This document shows, piece after piece, positions 20,937 to 30,831 of a DNA stretch of 30,831 nt. The stretch is from assembly GCA_000934665.2 (NCBI GenBank), contig KZ538249.1, positions 62,001-92,831 on the forward strand, given 5' to 3'. Numbering within the stretch: the first letter of the stretch is position 1; each line of letters starts with the position of its first letter. The notes beneath the pieces were generated by a model, which worked only from the letters and a program-made list of their open reading frames with translations, made no database searches and was not told where the DNA came from. Source of the stretch: Catajapyx aquilonaris. Taxonomy: Eukaryota. The translations under genes were made by a program, and so were the position numbers.

Positions 20937-23569
20937 TAAGCCCCTTTCAGTAAGCCTTTTTTAAGTTCCTTTGATACCAAATTATTTTTGTACGAAATGC
21001 GGAATGTATTCATGGGCAATGGGGCTTTCTGGAAAATGTGACCCTGCAACTTTGTCACACAGTCGACTGTGACATAGATGAAAGTATCTCTGGGCTCTTT
21101 TTCCGCTCTTCTCTGTACGTCATGCATATGTAGCGGTTTTTTGGGAAGGGGTTGGTAGGGGGTGGGGGTCCACATTAATATGAAAGGTGCTTTGCACTTT
21201 CCATTCTCCCACGCATTTTCGCTCTCCTGAAAAAAAAAAAAAAATCTACTGGGAGCAGTCATTCACAGCCAGACTAAATTACGGCTCCCTTTAAAATTTT
21301 GCGCGTGAGCAAACAAAAATTAGGTGGAAGAGAACAAAATGTATGAGCGCATTAGCATGCTTTTTCCCTGGTTTGTGCTTCAGATGAACAATGTCCTGTC
21401 GGTTGAATGTATTGCATTATGTTGAGTAGTTACTATTTCATTCGGCCTGAAGTAGCCTGGAACTGCACTCTGGCAGTTTGCAATGTTGGGTGTATTTTAG
21501 GATGGTGGGAGCCCCTAGAATAATAGAGATGTCTGCTTGTATTAGCCTCAGATGTATATGTGTAGTTATAACAATGTGTAGGTGGAAATTCAGAATTACT
21601 GCGGGGAATATTATTTTTTTGATACCGAATTGGCCGCTTCAATATGGCCACTGTAATAAAGTTCCACAGGTGCAGGTACATCGCCATAAATATAATGCAA
21701 TTATTACTTCGCGGCAGCCGCGCAATAAACCCGCAAAATTAGGTGTAAATTATTCTGGCTGTCGTATAATGTTATACGAGGCACTAATCATAACCGCGGT
21801 TGTTTTTTTGTTATTTTTTTGTTTATAAATAACTAAAAAAAATCAGGGGGTGGGGGGTGGGGATGGGGTGGGTTGAGCGAATGGTTCCGTGTTTTTGGCG
21901 ACAGATGCGACATCCCCCATCCACCGCGCGTGTCATGAATTTTATGCGCCAGAAGGGCACATCAGCGGTGATAAATAAGCGGAGGGGAAATTTTAAATTA
22001 TCAGCGAAATCGTAAATAGGTGTAAGCGACATGAACATCCGCTGTACGTATCATTTGCCTCGTTATCACCAGGGGACACTTTATTTTGTTCGGTCGGGGA
22101 CAACTACAATGCGTGTTGCGACTCCACTCCTGAACTGGAATTTTGACAGGAACGATTTTTTTTGTGGGGGGGGGGGGGTGCTATAAATCACGAGGATAGT
22201 CCCAAATAGTAGTGTAAGAAATGTAGAATAAAATTTTTGTCTATGAAAAATGTGGTATAGCATAGGGTCAAAAAAATTGGAAGGTCGACTTTTTTGTAGG
22301 GCATGACCCAGCAGGTTATTATTACACCTTTCGAATACTTGACGTCATAAAAACGTCTATTACTGCCCTTGACCAGCTGCAGTTTGCTTTGAGCCTATCC
22401 TATATATATTTTTTTTTCGGGACATGAGGAACTACAGGAGGGCAAAAGTGCAATAAAATAAGGGAAGGTGGTCTGGGTTACGAGCCGATTGCATGCCTTG
22501 AAGCCATGCTTAAAATCGGTCCCGAGTTGGGAAAAGTGGTCTGAGCACGCGTCAGGGGGGCCTTGCAGGAAAAGGACCATCAAAGCACATTCATCATGAG
22601 CTTCCTAGCACTTAGGACTTCTTTTTTTTTCCTCCGGATTAATTACCCAGTCAGCGCATGTTTCCTCTGCTATCCCATCGCGGTTCCTGCATAACGAATT
22701 GTGACGTGCGTCAAATAAATTTTTATTTGATGACTTCAGAGGCTCTGGGTTCCAATCTCATTAGCCTCCAAAACCATCCAGATCAGGCAATTCAAGTGCA
22801 GCGGGGCTATAATAGGTGTAACTCGCATTCTGTTCCAGTTGTTAGTATGGAGCGGACTATCGATTACAATCCTAAATACATTTCTTTCATGTGCAAAAGG
22901 GTATAGCAATATTTTTTTTTGTTGTTTTGAGGTTGCGGTGTAAGCCGCAATTTCACTGATGCATGCAATTTTTCAAATGCATAGATTGTATGCAGGGGAG
23001 GGAAAAAAATATGAAATGCTTTTGTTGATGGGCATTTTCGGTCGTTGATTAAAAACATATGTACAGTATTACATAATGTAGGATTCAGGCAGCACTATTC
23101 CCATTTTGTTGGGGGGTGCTGCTCTTTAAAACATTGGCTTGCAGTGCATCGCCACCGAGCAACCGAAGCGAATAACTACATTCTGACTTGCTTTGAGCCG
23201 CACGTCGTCACCATACATATTCAACATCATGTCAGTCCCCATCTCGGTTTAATTAAACACGCCTTTTGCGTTACATTTTGGAAAAAGAACTGACGAAATG
23301 TACCTGTGCACCACTTGAGACATCAGCGCTTTGATTAGTTGAATGAACCACACTGTATACGTATCCTGGACGCGTCTGAACAAGGTAAAACCCTGGGTCT
23401 GGCCGAAAATGCAGCGACCGGTTATAAAACGAAGCGAGCAGGAACGGACCATAAATGTCTGTACGTAATGAAGCCAAGGCAAAGCGCGCACACTTCCGCT
23501 TTATGGGGGCTTTTCATCAGAGGGCCTGGCTTCCCCCCGTCTCTTAGCTTGTAATTCCCCCCCCCCCCC

Positions 23570-23586
23570 NNNNNNNNNNNNNNNNN
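23570..23586. other. Assembly gap (17 N) between poly-C and poly-G runs
   Basis: C run 23557-23569, Ns, G run 23587-23599. Confidence 0.95.
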
Positions 23587-23797
23587 GGGGGGGGGGGGGC
23601 TAGAGTTGGAGGATCTGCTGCTTGGAAGGGGTTTTTTCGGGGGTGAGTTGAGACCGATGGGGATACTAACTCCCGGTGGGGTTACGTGCTGCACGAAGCC
23701 TACTGCTTAATAAGTGATGGACCTGGATGCTGTCAGTTTGTGACAAGTGTCGGTCAGACCCATGATCTTATAGAATACTAAGGTCTGGTCACTCCCA

Positions 23798-24066
23798 CTT
23801 ATCGCCTGCCGGGGCATTTTGGATGAGGTGCTCACTTGAGAGCGCCATGAGACATTTCATTTCTCTATTATGTGGCGACCTCAACGGGACCGCGCTGAAC
23901 TTTATAGGTACAAAAGGGAAGTGCTATATTGGAGGACCCAGCATGGTCGCCATCCCTTTTGTGCCTATAAAGTTCAGCGGGGAGGTCGCCACATAATAGA
24001 GAAATGAAATGTCTCATGGCGCTCTCAAGTGAGCACCTCGTGCAAAACGTCCCGGCAGGCGATAAG
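23798..24066. mobile_element. Palindromic (foldback) MITE-like element, 269 bp
   Basis: Arms 23798-23919 and 23953-24066 are inverted repeats with a few substitutions and one 8-nt indel, around a 33-bp spacer. TSD ambiguous (TA possible); superfamily not assignable. Confidence 0.8.
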
Positions 24067-25379
24067 ATAAGACTGTAGGGGTAGTGTCCGTGGGCTGGTC
24101 AGACCCCCAACAACGACTCGTATGAATCTAATTGTGCTTGGTAAGTTCTGAAGCCAATTAAAATCTTAGTTTTTAGCGTTCCCTGGCATTTGCTATTAAT
24201 TCCTCTTACAAATTGACTGCCTTTTCTTCTAGCATTAACGCGGGCTGTGCATTAGGCCTTCAGAAGTCTCCCAGCAACATGAAATATGCCTTGGAAATTA
24301 TGTTGAAGCCCTCGTTTACAAGCGAGGAGGTATTTGAAAGCCGAAGCAATTAGTCGTCGCCCAAGCTCCTTGGACCAGAATCTTGGAGAGTTAGCAACTA
24401 CAGGCCTATATAAGCTCGGCATCTGAGAGGAAGAGAGGTTGTGCTGGTTGTAAGTTGTAACATGCAGTTAGCTGTATTTTTAAAAAAACGAGCATGCACT
24501 TTAAAACCTCTAGTTCTTTTGAAGCTATATTGCACCGGTACAGAATCAATAAGCAGATTGTAATCGAAAGCATACCTGGCTCCGGAAACGGTGACTCTGT
24601 AATTAATTACGAGTGATGAAGGGAGCTTGTTAGGGGAGAGTAATGGGAGCTGCTCCAACCAATCCCCCACCCTTCCACCCCCCTCTTTTTTTTACCTTTT
24701 TATCGGTGTGTTACCACTTAAACGCAACCTCTGTAATGTGCGGTATCCCTAGAGGGTTACATCCATTTCAACACAGGCTCCCGAGTTTGGTAAAAAAGTG
24801 AGATGGGGGGAAATATATAATAAAAAAAGTGGAGTGGCCTATGGGATATTTGGGGGGGGGGGTGGTTCTCTACAACGCTAGGCGATCAATAAGCAAACTG
24901 TGGTCTCGTTTCCTGAGAGGTTGTGGACATAAAAGGAAACAATACATGACAAACGAGCCGGAGGAAAATGTATGGGGGTTTATAGGATTTCATGGCGGAG
25001 AGTCCGATCTTCGAGACTAATCTTACGGAAAAGGATTTTTTTATATAGGGGGGGGAGGGGGAGGGAAAGAGAGTAATATTGACTGACGATAAACAAGTCG
25101 GATGGACGGTTGTTTTTACCCAAATGGATTTTTGGGTAACCCAATGCTCATAGAATGTAGCTAAAATTAACTTGCTTAGAATAACCGGACTTGGTATTTC
25201 CTAGTATGTAACGTAGTGTGACGTACCAGTTTGGAAATCAATCATATCTAATCGGATGGATGTCTGTAGCGTTTACGACCTGCGGAGGGAGCGTGAAATG
25301 CGTTTCGTCGAACCGGGTCTCGCGGAATTTTTCTCTTCTACCAAGGCCTGCCTGCCATGCATTCCACATAGGGCCTTCT

Positions 25380-25381
<2 letters not shown>

Positions 25382-25410
<29 letters not shown>
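25382..25410. repeat. Poly-T tract (29 nt)
   Basis: Read directly; no retrocopy body or TSD recognised next to it. Confidence 0.9.
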
Positions 25411-27600
25411 GAAAGGGTGGTCTAAAGAACCGTGAGGAAAATGCGCCAGCTTCACTAAATCGCAACGGGCTTATTTTGCACGCCTCGTAGGCGTTTTCAT
25501 GGGCGGGAAGAAGGAAGAGGGCCAGGACAATCCTGACACTGTCGCACTGATGCGAAGAGACAGGCGAGGGTCTTCCGCAGCAGAATGCGCATTTTCAGGT
25601 TATGAAATGGGCTTGGAGGGAATCTGTGTCGTTGCAGGAGACTGTAGATCTCCGCGGGAACACTGCAACCTCTATTGTCGCTCAAGTTATGCACCATTGC
25701 ATACTGGTTATTACTCCGGTTGGAACTGACGTACGAATTGGTTGCACCTGAATGTACTTGTATGTTGACGATTTTTTTTGGGGTATGTGTGTGTGTGTGT
25801 GGCGGTGAATTCACGCAACATTGTGCATAAAGTATGCAAATGTATGTTTGTGAGAGTTAAAGCAATGTTGGTATTGGAGGCTTGCAGGGGCAGTAACCCC
25901 CTCTGTCATTTGGTTAACCACGGATTACGCTTTATCTTCGTGGCTTATCGAATTTGGTAAAGAGAGCCGACTCTATCGAGGGCTGTAAAAATTATTTTGA
26001 TTAAGGGCATGAAAGTCAGTGTTGCTTCCCTCCATAAACCCCCGGGATGAAAAAAGGTGTTGTCCCGAGCCTTCCATTATGCACGGCGAGGTTATTTTGC
26101 GACTGTGTATGAAATACCGATGAATAATTCGGTGCGTAGCGGGGCATAATTTATTAGCAGGGATGTTATTATTTTTAGGGAGTTGATTTTGTACAGGTTG
26201 CAAATATGTGCTAATTTATTAATAACAAAGGGGGTGTGCCTGGGCCGGCCAAGTGATTTTGGGTTCACGTGCACGATTTTTCAAATAACTTTGTGCGTTG
26301 TGGTTGTTTTACATGGGGTGATTGAATGTACTGGAGATTAAATCGAACAAGCTGATGTAACTAGTTATAGGTAATGTTTTAATTGAGGTTTCAACTGATG
26401 GCGATTTTCCCTGTCAAGCTGGTTATTTTCCAAAAAGTTACTTGTAGGTGTAATAATGTACAGTATATTGCATGCTCATGTTATGTACTAGTCATAAACG
26501 CCTGAATTACAAAAGTTCAAATTGACCTACTCAATCAAATATTAGCTACAAATATTTTGGAAAAGGAACCGATTAAATTTATGCAGGTTAATGAGAAAAC
26601 TAGTAACTGAAATGGACACTTCATTTGGAACACACTGTACAAATTAACCACTTCCATGGAGTTAACAGGAGTATTAAAATTCAGGCGATTTACTCATGCA
26701 TTTCACGTGCATTGTACCGGCTACATAAATCTTGCTATTTGAATTTAACGACCGCTTTCACATTTATTAATTCTATTGTAACTGTGCAGTACAGTTCTGG
26801 TTAGATTCACCTAACTTGTCTCGAATAATGCACCGCAATTAATGTAAATGATTTTTTAATTAGCCGGAAGTAGGGATCAAAAATAATTTCCCACAATCTC
26901 GATATAGACCTAATCACGTAGCAACCAATATCAGTGTTCATACGTTAGCTTTTTTTTCACGAAAGCAGCATAAAATTGATTTTCCAAACTCACAGTGTAA
27001 TTAACATGACCGTAATCTTAGGTTTTGCAACGCATGATTCGTTTATCGACCGATTTCTTGGCACGCAACATGTTATCTCAACAAATTGGTAAAAATTTTA
27101 AACTCAAAATGCTTACCTGCCAGTTCTGCTAACCACCCACTTTTTTTTTACATAAAAAATTAAAGAGGCAAACTCACATCCCCCCGTTTTTTTTATATGT
27201 ACAGCCCCCCACTCGTTTATTCACGATGTAGACAAGCACCTGATTGCATTTTCTGTTCCCCTCTATGCAGTTCAAAAGACGTGTAAACACGATTTTGGGA
27301 GCCAGGGATGGGTGTTTCCTATTCCTGTTAGCGACGAGTAAATCGGCAATTGGATCCGAGTCAGTCAATATGGCGCATCCTCGTCCATCACACTATACCT
27401 TGCATTTTTTCTCTCCTTTTTCTCAGAAATACCCTTACAGGCGCCATGTCCTGTAATAAAACAAAGTGGATGGCCCTCGGGGGCTCAAAATCCCTCCCCC
27501 CTAAGGCTATCCCTCATCCCCCCGGAGCCCCGCCATCACATTTTGGGAACTGATCAATCATCGGTAGTTTTAAAAACCTCAGTTTACTTTTTTTTAAAAA

Positions 27601-27879
27601 TATTATTTTTGAAATTGGGGTTGGGCTGACCACTACTCTTAACCATTTACCTTATAAATTACCTACTATGTGCAAAATACCTTCTAAATATAGAAGGTAA
27701 TGCCGGTAAAGAGACACGTGCTACCTCTTTATATATTATAAAGAGGTAGCACGTGTCTCTTTACCTTCTATGCACGACATTACCTTCTATATTTAGAAGG
27801 TATTTTGCACATAGTAGGTAATTTATAAGGTAAATGATTAAGAGTAGTGGTCAGCCCAACCCCAATTTCAAAAATAATA
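27601..27879. repeat. 279-bp near-perfect nested palindrome (foldback element)
   Basis: Outer arms 27601-27702 and 27778-27879 (102 bp, 1 mismatch); inner perfect 29-bp arms 27705-27733 and 27737-27765 around TAT; asymmetric bulge of 2 vs 12 nt. Confidence 0.9.
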
Positions 27880-30148
27880 ATAATAAGACCGTGAATGAAC
27901 GTATAAGGGATGTATTAAATCCAACAGACAGGTGCTGGGCCTGATGTATAAGGTATACAACTATATATGTGGAGGAAAAGGTTTCTATGAATTTCCCTTG
28001 ATTCAACCCGGGGGTCTTGGCCTCTTGTTGTGAAATGTTTGCAGACCCTGGGAGGATGAATGGTCTCGCTAACTTCTTGGCCGCACATCAAGCTTCCACT
28101 TATTACTCCGGGAGCCTCGCCTATGCAAACCGAATGGGAATTAAGGCAGGCTTGGATTCAGTCGCTGCGCAGGAAGCAAGCTGAGGCTTTTCTAATGTGG
28201 CACCGGCCAAATTGTGTGGAAGTTGCGAAACTTTGTGCTTATTGTTGCAGGGAGTGAGTCTCAACAGTTGTAGTTTTGAGACGACCTTATAGTTTCTCAT
28301 ATGTGTAACAAAGTGCAGGAGTATTCGAGCCCAAATTAGATTATGACCAGGATTGGAGACCAAGAAATGAAGTGAAAACAAAGGTGTGGAATGACATGCG
28401 CTGTGACTTGGAGCATGGTGCGAACTGGAGAATCCTCGGCGGTCGAGCGAGCACTCTGGCGAAAGTGATGATGATGAAGAATGGCTAACGACCTTTGCGT
28501 GAGGGAACGTTGAGCCTGCTTACATAAATCACCGCCGCCATCAGACCCCAATTTGCTTACTGTCTTCTACCGACTAACGGTAATCAGGTCAAAGGAGTCT
28601 CTTCCCTTCTAATCGCTTTTAATTATTCAAGAGCCAGTTTTTTTTTGGCATGTAAATTATTTTGACGCTTGTTTGCTATTGGGTGATTTGAAGTAACAAA
28701 CTTTGATCGTAATATGCAGAGTGTGTTTCAATACGCACCAGAGTAATTATGCAGTTCCGCATGTACCCAAATAACGAGGCATTCAGCTGCGTATAACTTC
28801 ATTTTGCAAGATTCAGGCCTCTGAAGCGTAGGAAATTGGAAACAGTTAGTATGGAAATGTGCTTCCCTGAGCAACAGCAAGCGGCATGCACAAGTTCCAT
28901 TGTTGTAATTGAAATTGGCAGATTCATTTCTAGTACTTTGTGCGTGGTGTGCGCGGGTTTTTTGAGCCGTGAGCGACATGGACGGAGGGAGGGGCTTGAC
29001 AAAGAGCAGATTATGCGAATTCATCAACCCTCGCATTTTTTTGAAATTTTGTGCAAAAAAAAAAAAAGTACCGCAGGCATATAATAAGCCGATGTGGATT
29101 TTCTGTACGGCAAGGCTTTTCATTTGGAAATGGGGGAAGACGTTGGCGACAAACAGACCAAGCTTTTCGAGGAGACAAATGGCGTCTTCAAAGGGAAAGG
29201 GAGGGAAAGTAGGAGGTTGTCTTTTGCATACGACGAATGGAAGGTTTTCAGCGATAATGAATACGGAGCTTTGAGGAGCTGCTTTTGTTTCGGACTCTTA
29301 ACGTTCATCAAGGACCGCACGGTACATTTATTAATGGGTCTTGGGCCGGAGTGTAAATACCTGATATTTTTCTGAAAATACTTGAGCACTTCCTTTGATT
29401 TTTGTGATGAGTCTCACTATAGAGGGTCTGCTGGGTGCCTATTTTGTGAGGTCGTGAAACGACCTGGCTGCAGGCTGTCCCGAAGCTGTGTATTATTGGA
29501 TCTTGCTGGGTCAACCCCTGTATACAGTATTATAAAATTGAAGAAGCTTTTTGTCCACAGTGTCCATGGTGTACTATGTGTACCTTTAAGAAATGGTTGA
29601 AAAAAATGGAGCCATCTTGTAAGAAAGGCAATGTATGCGCATAAATATCCAAAACGTTGTTGAAAGCTGGGTCTGAAAATCAATGTTGTATACGAAATGC
29701 AAGATGGCATGTGTGGTGCACTCTTCGCAACCCAAATGACAGACTTGGGGGGGGGGGGGGGGGANGGAAGAAGCAGGGGTTTGGGGGGGGGGGGAAACTC
29801 GAGATGAGTGGAAGAGACAGGGCTTCTGAAAATGTAGAAGGGGGGAGAAGTTGGAAGTTTGGGTTGAAGGGTGCGGGTGGGTGGTTGAAACCTGGCTTTA
29901 CCACCCATCCCCCTTGCTCCTCGACTTTTGGACTTTTGGTTGGAAAAGGGTGAGCGGCCTCCGTCAGTCCGGGGGAGAGAGCCTTGAATCGATTTGGGAG
30001 CAGAAATTTGGGTCTGAAAAGCAGCGTGTGCTATGGCCTTATCTGCCTCTACACACACGTGTGCGATCCTAGTTGGCATACCCGAGTAAAGTAACCCCGG
30101 GGAACCTGGCGGGCCGGAAAATAACCCGGGGGTTTGCATGGGCCCGGA

Positions 30149-30153
<5 letters not shown>

Positions 30154-30205
<52 letters not shown>
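30154..30205. repeat. (CT)n/(GA)n microsatellite
   Basis: About 26 uninterrupted CT units. Confidence 0.95.
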
Positions 30206-30209
<4 letters not shown>

Positions 30210-30831
30210 GGAAGACGGCTGGTGCTACTTACTCCTCCAAAACCCTCTGAATTTTTGGTGAAATATTAAGCATGAAAAGGTCACTTTGAAGGTGACGCCC
30301 ATGAATAAGGTAAGGCCATGGATTATATGAATAATCTAAAAATATATGGCCTACCTGAAATTCAGAACGAACAGCCGTCATTTTGGTTGAAATTGAATTA
30401 GAAAATGCATAATATATTCCTTGATCCGTACTGTGCGATGGATACGTCAGATGCCTAGAGAAATTACGGTTACATCGAGGAATGGTTGGAAAAAACTGCT
30501 CCTTAAAGGATAATGAAATCTTCAAAATTCCTTCGTTTATCTCGAAGTCACTCCAAGATGACTGTAGTTATTGCATCCATGTAATATACAGGGGGCAGGG
30601 AGCATATACTACATAAGAGGCGCAAACTTCTGTCGGTGCCTTTGATGTTCGCGTCTCTCTGTTTTGGGCGTTGCCAAGGCTGGCGGCCATTTTGAAGTGT
30701 GTGGAACGCCAACGAGGTATAAATAGGGTACAGGCAGGCCGTCATGGTCCACGGGGGTCCGCCATCTTTGATGGTTTTGGCTGCCATGGCAATACACGGC
30801 ATAACTTCCTTTTTTAATTGAATTTTGCATG

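Noticed and set aside
29417..30139. 240-aa minus strand ORF
   Set aside because: Poly-Pro arises from G homopolymers and includes an N; low complexity.

Overview
Animal (probably invertebrate) genomic DNA: moderate GC, CpG not obviously depleted, microsatellites, many G/C homopolymers and one 17-N gap. I find no recognisable protein-coding exon, rRNA, tRNA or CRISPR array, and the ORF track looks like noise. The window reads as the interior of a very long intron or a regulatory desert, with many small non-autonomous elements: three co-oriented solo-LTR-like copies (two ~220 bp, one 164 bp), a Kolobok/T2-type MITE with TTAA TSD, Tc1/pogo-like MITEs, two Helitron-type mini-elements and several long near-perfect palindromes. 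The strongest non-TE signal is a textbook recursive-splice (ratchet-point) motif at 14388|14389 on the + strand: polypyrimidine tract, then CAG|GTAAGT. All three LTR poly(A) signals lie on the opposite strand, which fits + strand transcription. Also notable are a compound foldback at 20580-20936, palindromes sharing a TTAA-TT-TTAA centre, a pre-miRNA-sized hairpin at 11252-11339 and a homeodomain-site cluster near 13.1 kb. Family assignments rest on terminal motifs only; no database search was possible.
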